Source: Candidatus Coprovivens sp.
GTDB taxonomy: Bacteria > Bacillota_I > Bacilli_A > RF39 > UBA660
Direction of reading: 5' to 3'
DNA: 52,350 nt
Assembly (NCBI GenBank): GCA_051892935.1
Contig: JBJFGS010000029.1
Coordinates: 1 to 52,350 of the forward strand
In this document: piece by piece, positions 18,630 through 28,326 of the stretch
How the letters are laid out: every line of letters begins with the position of its first letter
Numbering within the stretch: the stretch's first letter is position 1
Translations under genes and position numbers: made by a program
Notes under the pieces: model-generated
What the model was told of the DNA's origin: nothing
What the model saw: only the letters and a program-made list of their open reading frames with translations
The model's database searches: none

Positions 18630-19952
18630 TTATTCTTTTAGTAATCTATTTAATTCAACAGCATATTCCATAGGTAGTTCTTTTTTAAAATCACTGATGA
18701 AGCCCATTATTAATAGTTCTTTGGCTGTATCTTCACTTAAACCTTTGCTTGTTAAGTAGAACATCTTTTCTGCTGATACTTTAGAAATGGTTGCTTCATG
18801 TTCTAGGATACTACTATTATTACCTACTATATTAGTTGGAAATGTATCACTTTTAGATATATCATCTAATATAATAGTATCACATTTTATACTTGCTTTA
18901 CTATTTAGAGCATTCTTTCCTATTTTAGTAACACCACGATAGTTACTTATCCCACCTTTTTCAGAAATGGACTTACTTACTATGTTACTTTTAGTATTTG
19001 GCGCTAGGTGAATCATTTTGGCTCCAGCATCTAGTTGTTGGCCTTCTTTAGCGTAAGCGATAGAAATTGAATTACCAGTTGCTCCTTCTCCTTTTAAGAT
19101 ACATGATGGATATTTCATAGTTATTTTACTACCAATATTGCCATCAACCCATTCCATAGTACCATAATCATCAACGATAGCACGTTTAGTAACTAAGTTA
19201 TATACATCAGTTGACCAGTTTTGGATTGTTGAATAGCGACAGTGAGCATTCTTTTTTATAAATATTTCTACTACGCCAGCATGGAGAGATGTAACACTAT
19301 ATTCTTTAGCTGTACATCCTTCGATATAACTTAAGTCTGCTCCTTCATCTACTATAATGATAGTTCTTTCAAATTGACCAAGCGATTCGGTTTCTATACG
19401 GAAATAGCTTTGGAGAGGGCGATCTACTTTGACTCCTTTAGGTATGTAAATAAAAGAACCACCTGACCAGACTGCTCCATTTAGGGCAGTGTATTTATTT
19501 TCAGCATAGTTTACTAGGTGATTAAAGTATTCTTTAAATAGTTCTGGATACTTTTGTAAGGCATCATCTGTAGAAGTAAATATTATGCCTTCATCTTTAA
19601 CGGATTGATTATGATAAACTACTTCGCTTTCAAATTGATTAGTAACACCACCTAAGTATTTGTTCTCTGCTTCGATAACACCTAAGTCTTTAAAACTATT
19701 ACGGACACTACAATTTACTTTTTGCCAATCGTTAGTTAATTTTTCTTCAACAGATTTATAATAAGTAATATTGTCAAAATCAATGTCTAATTTTGGACCA
19801 AAATTAGGTTGATTTAATTCCTTAAATTTAGCATATGACTTAAGACGAAATTCTAACATCCATTCAGGTTCATTTTTCTTTTTTGATAAATCAATAATAA
19901 ATTGTTCATTTAATTCTTTCTTCATAAACATCACGAAGTTATTATACATCAT
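18630..19952 (-). CDS. sufB: Fe-S cluster assembly protein SufB
   Basis: EPEWMLEFRLK, LNGAVWSGGSF, GQFERT, YIEGCTA, LEHEATISK, ELPMEYAVE; start probably 19925. Confidence 0.95.
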   Translation of the reverse strand: MMYNNFVMFMKKELNEQFIIDLSKKKNEPEWMLEFRLKSYAKFKELNQPNFGPKLDIDFDNITYYKSVEEKLTNDWQKVNCSVRNSFKDLGVIEAENKYLGGVTNQFESEVVYHNQSVKDEGIIFTSTDDALQKYPELFKEYFNHLVNYAENKYTALNGAVWSGGSFIYIPKGVKVDRPLQSYFRIETESLGQFERTIIIVDEGADLSYIEGCTAKEYSVTSLHAGVVEIFIKKNAHCRYSTIQNWSTDVYNLVTKRAIVDDYGTMEWVDGNIGSKITMKYPSCILKGEGATGNSISIAYAKEGQQLDAGAKMIHLAPNTKSNIVSKSISEKGGISNYRGVTKIGKNALNSKASIKCDTIILDDISKSDTFPTNIVGNNSSILEHEATISKVSAEKMFYLTSKGLSEDTAKELLIMGFISDFKKELPMEYAVELNRLLKE

Positions 19953-20008
19953 TAATTAGCATTTGAAAATAAGCAAGTTATTTGTTACTATTATAATAGG
20001 GTGATGAT

Positions 20009-21352
20009 ATGAATATATTAGAAGTTAATAAGTATACATTGGCTAATCTTTATGAAGAATATCCAGAGAGCTTTAAAGATTTAAGATTAGATGGAAATTA
20101 TTTAGTTTATAATGGAGAAAAAACTGATATAAGTAAATTTAATATTAATGATTTACTAAGTGGAGAAACAAATTTTGCTGCATCACTTAGTGTTTTGAGT
20201 TCAGAAGATATTTTTAAAATAATTAGACTCCATGCTCTACATTTAGAAAGTATAAATAATAAGAAAAAAGATAATAATGAAAGAAAAATAGAAATTATAA
20301 AGAAAGAAAATCCATTAATGAAGAATATTAGCATTGTTACAAGAAATGTTGATGGATATGAAGATGAATATATTAATATAGTAGATAGTACGGGAGATGA
20401 TCATTTATTTCAAAATGATCGAAATGTTAATGTATTTGATATATATAATATATTAAGGATTAAAAATCCCGGAAGAGATATTACACCTGATGAATTAATT
20501 TCTGAAATAAATAGAAAGCTTTATGAAGTAAGAATGCAAGAATCATCTACTATACTTGATAGTTCTGCTACTTCTGAAGATTTTGATAATAAAATAACTA
20601 GAGTTGCTGATCCATATAAAGGTGATAAATCAACTAGAGTTTATGGAAATGAAGAAAATGATATTGCAATAGTTAAAGATTTAGATGATCCAACAAATCA
20701 TGATGTTGTAACATTTGATCAAAATGAATTTGGTGACTTAGTAGTGCAAAATCACGAACAAAATGTTGTGGGAACAGATACTTCAGTTAAGAGTGATACT
20801 ACTATAGAAGAAACTTCTTTTGAATCTGGAACAAATGAGGAAGAAAATACAGAAAGTGAAGTATTTGAAAAAGATGAGGAGGAAGTTGTTGCTCTATTAA
20901 TTAGTTCACAAGAGTTTTATGACTTACTTAATTCTAATGATGAACTAACGGAAGAACAAAGAAAAAGTATTGATTTGTATTATGCATATCTTGGTGATTT
21001 AGTATTATATGAAGATTATTTGTTACCAGAGTTAAAACAAATTCTAAATCAGTTTAGAAGTTATGTATATGAATTACAATATGGTGAAGTTGCTGAAGAT
21101 GAGTTAAAACAAATTAATAAGAAACAACAAGAAGCTATTGATAAATCAATAGCAATGGAGGAAAAAGCGGCACTTGCTAATCAAGAAGAATTAACTGAAG
21201 ATAAGATTAAAGATAGTGTTAAAAAGTTAGAACTTGTAAAACCTGTTAATAATTATGAAAATGCTGGTAGTGTTAGTGTTGTGCAAGTCTTAGCATTTAT
21301 AATTGGTGTTTCTATTATACTAACGGCGATTACTTTATATTTAATAGGATAA
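20009..21352 (+). CDS. Hypothetical acidic protein with a single C-terminal TM anchor
   Basis: 447-aa ORF, GGTGA RBS, no N-terminal signal, hydrophobic extreme C-terminus. Confidence 0.8.
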   Translation: MNILEVNKYTLANLYEEYPESFKDLRLDGNYLVYNGEKTDISKFNINDLLSGETNFAASLSVLSSEDIFKIIRLHALHLESINNKKKDNNERKIEIIKKENPLMKNISIVTRNVDGYEDEYINIVDSTGDDHLFQNDRNVNVFDIYNILRIKNPGRDITPDELISEINRKLYEVRMQESSTILDSSATSEDFDNKITRVADPYKGDKSTRVYGNEENDIAIVKDLDDPTNHDVVTFDQNEFGDLVVQNHEQNVVGTDTSVKSDTTIEETSFESGTNEEENTESEVFEKDEEEVVALLISSQEFYDLLNSNDELTEEQRKSIDLYYAYLGDLVLYEDYLLPELKQILNQFRSYVYELQYGEVAEDELKQINKKQQEAIDKSIAMEEKAALANQEELTEDKIKDSVKKLELVKPVNNYENAGSVSVVQVLAFIIGVSIILTAITLYLIG

Positions 21353-21387
21353 AAAAATAATAATCTTTGGAGATTATTATTTTTTTT
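21352..21387. terminator. Bidirectional terminator
   Basis: aaaaaataataatct-ttgg-agattattatttttt. Confidence 0.75.
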
Positions 21388-22378
21388 GAGCTTGAACTGA
21401 TGTAATTGCTACAACACCAACTATATCTTCTGTACTACATCCTCTTGATAAGTCGTTTACAGGTCTTTTTATACCTTGAGTAATAGGTCCATATGCTTCT
21501 GCTTTGGCTAGTCTTTGAACTAATTTGTAGCCAATATTTCCGGCATCTAAATCTGGAAATACTAATACATTAGCTTTACCTGCTACTTTAGAATTAGGAG
21601 CTTTTGAAGATGCAACTTCTGGAACTATAGCGGCATCTAATTGTAGTTCACCGTCTATATTGTATTGTGGATATTGTTCTTTAGCAATCTTTACAGCTTC
21701 TACTACTTTGTCAACATCAGCGTGTGAGGCACTTCCCATTGTGGAGTGAGAAAGCATAGCAGTTATTGCTTTTTCATTTGTTAGTTGTTCAAATGAAGCA
21801 CTTGCTGATGCAGCAATTGCTGCTAGTTTTTCAGAATCTGGATTTTGTTCTAATCCACTATCACTAAAGACAAATGTACCATTATATCCGTATTCACAGT
21901 TTGGTACTATCATTAAGAAGAATGATGATACTAATTTAGCATCTGGGGCAGTTTTTATAATTTGTAAGGCAGGACGTAAGGTATTTGCTGTTGAGTGACA
22001 AGCACCTGATACAATACCATCAGCTAGTCCTTTATATACTAACATACAAGAATAGTACATGTAATCACCTAATAATGTTTCTCTTGCTACTTCTGGTGTC
22101 ATTCCTTTAGCTTTTCTTAATTCATAGAAGTCGTTTACTAATTCATCTGTTAATTCATTAGTAAATGGATTAATAATAGTTATTCCTTCTAAATCAATAT
22201 TTTCTTTTTGAGCTAGTGATGATATTTCATCTTCTTTACCTATAATAATTATTTCTGCTATTTTTTCTTTTTTACAAATACTAGCTGCTTTTAATACTCT
22301 TTTATCCATACTTTCTGGTAGGATTATTTTTTTTATATTATTTTTTGCTCTTTCTTTTATTGAATCTATAAAATTCAT
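21377..22378 (-). CDS. pta: Phosphate acetyltransferase
   Basis: LPES, TLRPALQIIKT, IDGELQLDAA, FPDLDAGNIGYKLVQR, PVNDLSRG. Confidence 0.97.
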   Translation of the reverse strand: MNFIDSIKERAKNNIKKIILPESMDKRVLKAASICKKEKIAEIIIIGKEDEISSLAQKENIDLEGITIINPFTNELTDELVNDFYELRKAKGMTPEVARETLLGDYMYYSCMLVYKGLADGIVSGACHSTANTLRPALQIIKTAPDAKLVSSFFLMIVPNCEYGYNGTFVFSDSGLEQNPDSEKLAAIAASASASFEQLTNEKAITAMLSHSTMGSASHADVDKVVEAVKIAKEQYPQYNIDGELQLDAAIVPEVASSKAPNSKVAGKANVLVFPDLDAGNIGYKLVQRLAKAEAYGPITQGIKRPVNDLSRGCSTEDIVGVVAITSVQAQKK

Positions 22379-22444
22379 AATTAACCTTCTTTCTAAATTA
22401 TTATATTATTTTTTACCATTTAAAAAAAGTGTAATTTACACTTT

Positions 22445-23188
22445 TTATGAGTTTTCATTCATATATTCTGTATAGAATTCAACCATTGATGAATATAGAT
22501 AACTAACAATACTTTTTATTTCTTCTATTCTAGGTAGTAGTAGTGAATAATTATTAGGTGTATATTCTCTTCTATCTACTTGAGTTTTATATTTATTTAT
22601 TGAAGCATCAAAGAAAACAGGTATTACTCTATTTTTATCTAAGCAATCTATTACATCTGTACGTGGTTCATCTATTTTTATTGTTCTTTTGATAGTAGCT
22701 AGATAATCATCACGATTAGGTAGTTCTAATATTTCAAAGTTTTTAGTTAATCTAAGATAATTATTTATATTATCTTCAACAGGTGAATATAGTTCAAAAA
22801 CAAAGTGTTCTTCACATCTACCATTTATATTAGTTACCATACCAGTTGTTCTTATAATAGGATTATCTATTTGAAATTCATCTTTTTTTATTTGACTTAT
22901 ACAAAAGAATCTTGTTTCTATATCACGGACTGTTTCATAGTAAACGTCTTTATTTGATACTTCAACATTAGTGTGTTCACTTTCATATTTTACCGATAAA
23001 TTTTTAGGAGTAATATCTATTATATAAGATCCTATTTCTACTATATATTTTCTTTCTTTTAAACATTCTCTTAACAAATGGTATAATGCTTTTTTTACTT
23101 GTGTTTTATCAATATTATATTTTATTTTATCATCTGGATATAAAAATTTTTTTAATTCTGTTATTCTTTTTTCTATTTCTTTTGACAT
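22445..23188 (-). CDS. Hypothetical protein
   Basis: 247-aa ORF with GGTGA RBS. Confidence 0.7.
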   Translation of the reverse strand: MSKEIEKRITELKKFLYPDDKIKYNIDKTQVKKALYHLLRECLKERKYIVEIGSYIIDITPKNLSVKYESEHTNVEVSNKDVYYETVRDIETRFFCISQIKKDEFQIDNPIIRTTGMVTNINGRCEEHFVFELYSPVEDNINNYLRLTKNFEILELPNRDDYLATIKRTIKIDEPRTDVIDCLDKNRVIPVFFDASINKYKTQVDRREYTPNNYSLLLPRIEEIKSIVSYLYSSMVEFYTEYMNENS

Positions 23189-23250
23189 TTTTAATCACCC
23201 TTTTATTATGTTAATTATATCATGGAGTGATAAATTATTTTATATAAAAT

Positions 23251-23706
23251 TTATTTTATTAATTTTTTTTCGAGATTATTAAGTGAATATTCGAAAGCTT
23301 CAGAGAGGATTGCACGATTAAAACCAAAATTATTATATCCTTCTGTACAAGTTGTGATATATTTCATATCAGGTATTGAGTATGTATAATTAGGGTTTAT
23401 TATATATATTAAACCTTCTATTTTTTGACCATTTAAAATAACTGATATTGTTTTTTTTGTATATAGTGTCGGATATCCTTCATACCAATCTAAATTGTGT
23501 TCATCTAATTCAGTTATTTCAAATACACCTATTGGTACTATAGAACTTGGAGATTCTTCGATTGTTAGGAAACCTTTTCCACGTCCTTTAAATGCTAAGC
23601 GATAATCATTAAGAAGTGTTTTACCTATTAGTTTGGATGTTGGACAAATTATTTTCATTTGATTTAAATTTAGATTACTTCCGTAAGCTAGATAATATTT
23701 TTTCAT
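23251..23706 (-). CDS. Gamma-glutamylcyclotransferase (AIG2-like) family protein
   Basis: YLAYGSNL, LDWYEGYP. Confidence 0.88.
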   Translation of the reverse strand: MKKYYLAYGSNLNLNQMKIICPTSKLIGKTLLNDYRLAFKGRGKGFLTIEESPSSIVPIGVFEITELDEHNLDWYEGYPTLYTKKTISVILNGQKIEGLIYIINPNYTYSIPDMKYITTCTEGYNNFGFNRAILSEAFEYSLNNLEKKLIK

Positions 23707-23782
23707 ATTAACTCCTTTTTAGATAGTCTTTGTGAGTTGCTTTTATTATATATTATTTCTTTTTTTTGTCAAAAAAAAGAAG

Positions 23783-24043
23783 CTATTTGGCTTCTACTAT
23801 TAGTTTTATAGCTGTTTTTTCTTTTCCATCTATTTCTATATCAGTAAAGGCAGGTGTTACAACTAGATTTATTCCGCTTGGAGAAATGTATCCTCTTGCG
23901 ATGGAAACTGCTTTTACAGCTTGATTTAGTGCTCCTGCTCCTACTGTTTGAAGTTCAACAATTCCTTTTTCTCTAAAGATATTAGCAATAGCTCCAGCTA
24001 CTTTACTCGGATTTGATTTACTTGATACTTTTAGTATTTCCAT
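23783..24043 (-). CDS. spoVS: Stage V sporulation protein S
   Basis: LKVSSKSNP..VAGAIA...GAGALNQAVKA..IARG. Confidence 0.97.
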   Translation of the reverse strand: MEILKVSSKSNPSKVAGAIANIFREKGIVELQTVGAGALNQAVKAVSIARGYISPSGINLVVTPAFTDIEIDGKEKTAIKLIVEAK

Positions 24044-24140
24044 AATTATTTCCTCTCTTTCATTTTAAGTATATGAAATTTTTTTTTTATTATTCATTGT
24101 TTAATAATACTTTGTTATAATGTAGTTAAGAGGAATTATT

Positions 24141-24710
24141 ATGACGAAGAATAAAAATATCTTATTTATTACTAATATTATTATGGGAATTTTAGTTATT
24201 ATATTAGGGGGATTTATTATTATAGATAAAGTTTTTATTAATAAAGGTGGATCTAATAATGATAAAGAAGTAGTTGAAAATGAAAGTAATTATGTTATTT
24301 CAGATATTATTACTAAATCAGTGGATGATGAATATAAAATATTTTATACTAAAGATAGTAAAATAGTAGTTGTTAGTTCTAATGTTAAAGAAACTGTTGT
24401 TACTGATGATGTTTCTAATTATTATAAAGTACATGTTGGTATGAGTGATATTTGTATAGGGAATGAGTTTATTATAATTGAAAAAAATGATGGTACTATT
24501 TTAGCTTTTAGTTCTGACCGCTTTGTATGTGGTAATACGATTTATACTAAAGATATTACGGAAGATTTAAAAAAATTAGGTATTACTTCTTTAAAGAGAG
24601 TTTATGAAAATGCTTCTTTTACAAGTGAATATGAACCTTTAATGTATCAAGTATTTGCAGTAAATCAAAATAGTGAAATAATAGATATAACTAATATATT
24701 TGAGGAATAA
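24141..24710 (+). CDS. Membrane-anchored extracytoplasmic hypothetical protein
   Basis: N-terminal TM (LGGFIIIDK), GAGG RBS. Confidence 0.75.
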   Translation: MTKNKNILFITNIIMGILVIILGGFIIIDKVFINKGGSNNDKEVVENESNYVISDIITKSVDDEYKIFYTKDSKIVVVSSNVKETVVTDDVSNYYKVHVGMSDICIGNEFIIIEKNDGTILAFSSDRFVCGNTIYTKDITEDLKKLGITSLKRVYENASFTSEYEPLMYQVFAVNQNSEIIDITNIFEE

Positions 24711-24735
24711 AAAAAGTTACTTTCGTAACTTTTTC
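24709..24735. terminator. Bidirectional terminator
   Basis: aaaaagttac-tttc-gtaacttttt. Confidence 0.7.
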
Positions 24736-25754
24736 TATTTGCATGCTTCTTCAACAGCAACAGCTATTGAAACAGTAGCTCCGACCATTGGGTTGTTACC
24801 CATTCCGATAAGTCCCATCATTTCAACGTGTGCTGGAACTGATGATGAACCTGCGAATTGGGCATCACTATGCATTCTACCCATTGTATCTGTCATACCA
24901 TATGAAGCAGGACCTGCAGCCATGTTATCTGGATGAAGTGTTCTTCCTGTTCCTCCACCTGATGCTACTGAGAAGTATTTTTTACCTAGTTCAATACATT
25001 CTTTTTTATAAGTACCTGCTACTGGATGTTGGAAACGTGTTGGATTGGTTGAGTTACCTGTAATTGATACATCAACACCTTCCATGTGCATTATTGCTAC
25101 ACCTTCTCTAACATCGTTTGCTCCATAACATCTAACTTTACTTCTTTCACCATCTGAATAAGGAATTTCTTTTACTATATTAACTTTTCCTGTGAAGAAG
25201 TCAAATTCTGTTTGAACATATGTAAATCCATTAATTCTTGAGATTACTTGAGCAGCATCTTTACCAAGTCCGTTTAAAATGACTCTTAGTGGTTCTTTTC
25301 TAACTTTGTTAGCACTTTTAGCGATACCGATTGCTCCTTCAGCTGCTGCAAATGATTCATGTCCTGCTAGAAATGCAAAGCATTTTGTATCTTCTGATAG
25401 TAGCATTGATGCTAAATTACCATGACCTAAACCAACTTTACGATCGTCTGCTACTGAACCTGGTATACAGAAAGCTTGTAAACCTTCACCAATTGCTTTG
25501 GCAGCATCTGCTGCTTTAGTTCGACCACTTTTAATAGCTATTGCTGCTCCAAGAGTGTAAGCCCAGCAAGCATTTTCAAAACAAATTGGTTGAACACTTT
25601 TTACTATTTCGTATGGATCGAAGCCTTTTTCTTTACATATATTTCTTGCATCTTCAAAATCTTTAATGCCATATTTATCCATTACAGGTTGGATTTGACC
25701 TATTCTTCTTTCATAACTTTCAAATAATGCCATAATTAATCCTCCCTTACTCAT
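24735..25754 (-). CDS. GGGtGRT family protein
   Basis: Signature SGGGTGRTLHPDN; likely start 25733 (MALFESYERR, GGAGG RBS). Confidence 0.95.
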   Translation of the reverse strand: MSKGGLIMALFESYERRIGQIQPVMDKYGIKDFEDARNICKEKGFDPYEIVKSVQPICFENACWAYTLGAAIAIKSGRTKAADAAKAIGEGLQAFCIPGSVADDRKVGLGHGNLASMLLSEDTKCFAFLAGHESFAAAEGAIGIAKSANKVRKEPLRVILNGLGKDAAQVISRINGFTYVQTEFDFFTGKVNIVKEIPYSDGERSKVRCYGANDVREGVAIMHMEGVDVSITGNSTNPTRFQHPVAGTYKKECIELGKKYFSVASGGGTGRTLHPDNMAAGPASYGMTDTMGRMHSDAQFAGSSSVPAHVEMMGLIGMGNNPMVGATVSIAVAVEEACK

Positions 25755-26439
25755 TTCTAGGATCTATCTTTTTAACGGCTTCGTCGAATCTTCCATAAGT
25801 TCCGCTAGCTTTTTCGATAGCTTCCATTGGTTCAATACCTGCTTTGATATTTTCCATCATTTTTCCTAAATTAACATATTTATAACCGATTATTTGATCA
25901 TCTTTATCTAGACCTATTTCAACAATATAGCCTTCAGCTAGTTCAAGATATCTAGGTCCTTTTACTTTTGTACTATAGATTGTACCAACTTGAGAACGAT
26001 GACCTTTTCCTAAATCTTCTAATCCTGCTCCTATAGATAGGCCTCCTTCTGAGAATGCAGATTGACTACGTCCATAAACTATTTGTAAGAATAATTCTCT
26101 CATAGCAGTGTTTATTGCATCACATACTAAATCTGTATTTAAAGCTTCAAGAATTGTTTTTCCTACTAATATTTCTCCAGCCATAGCTGCACTATGAGTC
26201 ATACCAGAGCATCCGATTGTTTCTACTAGAGCCTCTTCAATTATACCTTCCTTAATATTTAATGTTAGTTTACATGCACCTTGTTGTGGAGCACACCATC
26301 CAATACCATGAGTAAGACCAGAAATATCTTTTATTTCTTTAGCTTGTACCCATTTTCCTTCTTCAGGAATTGGAGCTGGTCCATGGTCTACACCTTTGGC
26401 AACTTTGCACATATTTTCTACTTCTTTTGTGTATATCAT
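25747..26439 (-). CDS. IscU/NifU-like Fe-S scaffold-fold protein partnered with GGGtGRT
   Basis: GWCAPQQGACKLTL, ETIGCSGMTHS, LVCDAIN Cys motifs. Confidence 0.85.
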   Translation of the reverse strand: MIYTKEVENMCKVAKGVDHGPAPIPEEGKWVQAKEIKDISGLTHGIGWCAPQQGACKLTLNIKEGIIEEALVETIGCSGMTHSAAMAGEILVGKTILEALNTDLVCDAINTAMRELFLQIVYGRSQSAFSEGGLSIGAGLEDLGKGHRSQVGTIYSTKVKGPRYLELAEGYIVEIGLDKDDQIIGYKYVNLGKMMENIKAGIEPMEAIEKASGTYGRFDEAVKKIDPRNE

Positions 26440-26481
26440 TTCGTACCCTCCTACACGTTAATATTATAGCACTAGGTATTT

Positions 26482-26510
26482 AAAAAAGGAATGAAATTCA
26501 TTCCTTTTTT
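26482..26510 (-). terminator. Terminator after the PP2C-DUF1292 operon
   Basis: aaaaaggaatgaa-a-ttcattccttttt. Confidence 0.65.
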
Positions 26511-26778
26511 ACTCATTTGTAACGTATTTTTCCTGTAAATCACTTGTTATTGTTTTTAGTGTTTCATTTATGAATAATAATTCTTTTTCTGTTTCGACTG
26601 GAAGTAGTTTTTCGCCATCTTTCATAACTGAATAACATTTAATGTTTCCTTTATAATCTTTTGTATAATCTGTATAGGTAATATATTCTTTATTGGTATC
26701 TTTTGATATAAATGAGAATACTATATCAAAAGTCTTTTCTTCCCCTAAATCATTTTTAATTGTGATAGTATCTTTCAT
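26509..26778 (-). CDS. DUF1292-like protein
   Basis: GEEKTFDIVFSF...NKEYITYTD...LLPVETEKE. Confidence 0.75.
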   Translation of the reverse strand: MKDTITIKNDLGEEKTFDIVFSFISKDTNKEYITYTDYTKDYKGNIKCYSVMKDGEKLLPVETEKELLFINETLKTITSDLQEKYVTNE

Positions 26779-26780
26779 AA

Positions 26781-28265
26781 TTACCTCCTAGCATACATTG
26801 CTGCTGATGCGTTATCTTTACCAGCCGGTATCATTCCATTATGGTATTCATCAGCTCCATTTTTACGAATGGCATCATTTTTTAATGCTTCTTCTACTAA
26901 TAGTTTGGTTACTTCTTCTCTTGATGAAATAGTAGAAAGAATTCTTATTTTGTCTTGACTTAATAAGTCTGTTACACCATCTGTCATTAATAGTAAACGA
27001 TCATAACTTGTATTTGGTGTTATCAATGTTTGGATTCTATTTTCACTCAATATTTCACCAAGACATCTTAGTATTTTATTGTTTTCTTTATCAAATCTTA
27101 AATCATCTAGTACTTTTGGTGATACTTCACTAGGTTTTTTACCTAATGGCCATACCATTGATTCATCTTTTGTTAATAATTGTAATTTGCCTCTTGATAC
27201 TGAGTATACTCTGGAATCTCCAACATTAGATATTATTGTATTATCTTCTGTTACAATGGCTGTTGATAACGTTGCTCCAGATCGGATTGCTCTATAATCA
27301 TGATTATATTTTTCATATATTTCATTACTAATAGAAACTATTTTTTGGTTTAATGCTGTTTGTAGTTCTAATGGATAATAGAAATAATCTTTAGGAAGAG
27401 TTTGAAACCATTTAGCTAGTTCTTGACATGTATATTGACTAGCTTTTTCTCCTAGTTCGACACCACCCATTCCATCTGATACAACTAACAATTTGAAATC
27501 ATGGTTATCTGGATGAGTCATGATAAGAACTGAGTCTTCTTGATTATGACGACGATTACCAATATCTTGTGTGGCAAATAATGTACCATCTAAGCCGTAT
27601 TCATTTCTTTGATTTTTTAATTGGCTTCCATTCATTACTTCAGTTAAGCATTTATTTATAGTTCTTCTATTTATTCGAACATTTTCTGCAACTTCAGATT
27701 TTTTTCTATCTTCTTCTATTTTAGAAAACAAATCAGCTGATTCATAGATATTTAATGGAGATTTTCCGTAACCATTAGTTTCGATGAAGTATGCTTTAGT
27801 TTGATGACTTTGATACAAACATTGAGTAATAGCATCTACTAAAGCTAATAAATCTTTATCATTAGTTGAGTAAAATACGGAACTATTTATTTTTTGATTG
27901 GCTATTATTCTTATTGCTTTTTGTATTTCATTATATTCAGGGAATACTTCTAGTAAATAATTTAGTTTATCTTTGGGATTTAAAATGTTTTTCATTGTTC
28001 TATCATTGTAATAGAACGCCATCATAGCATTGTAACATTTTACAGCTTGATTAAGTACGAATTGTAATAGGTCTTTTTGAGAAATACTTCTCATTTTTTC
28101 TCTTGCACCATTTTGACGTGTAAAGTTTGTTAGTTTTATTCCATTTGGGTCTACTATATTGTTGTATATTGCCCAGTTTATAGAATTTGTAAAAGTTGGA
28201 TTATGAAGTAATGTTTCTCTTATAGCAAAATCAATTATATAATCTGTTTGTCTATTATTATTCAT
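26781..28265 (-). CDS. PP2C/PPM Ser/Thr phosphatase with an unknown ~220-aa N-terminal region
   Basis: RHNQED, VSDGMGG, NVGDSR, TDGVTD, GKDN motifs all intact. Confidence 0.9.
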   Translation of the reverse strand: MNNNRQTDYIIDFAIRETLLHNPTFTNSINWAIYNNIVDPNGIKLTNFTRQNGAREKMRSISQKDLLQFVLNQAVKCYNAMMAFYYNDRTMKNILNPKDKLNYLLEVFPEYNEIQKAIRIIANQKINSSVFYSTNDKDLLALVDAITQCLYQSHQTKAYFIETNGYGKSPLNIYESADLFSKIEEDRKKSEVAENVRINRRTINKCLTEVMNGSQLKNQRNEYGLDGTLFATQDIGNRRHNQEDSVLIMTHPDNHDFKLLVVSDGMGGVELGEKASQYTCQELAKWFQTLPKDYFYYPLELQTALNQKIVSISNEIYEKYNHDYRAIRSGATLSTAIVTEDNTIISNVGDSRVYSVSRGKLQLLTKDESMVWPLGKKPSEVSPKVLDDLRFDKENNKILRCLGEILSENRIQTLITPNTSYDRLLLMTDGVTDLLSQDKIRILSTISSREEVTKLLVEEALKNDAIRKNGADEYHNGMIPAGKDNASAAMYARR

Positions 28266-28326
28266 ATATTATCACCATTATAATTTTATCATAAAACAAT
28301 AAAAAATGATATTATTTATTTAAATA

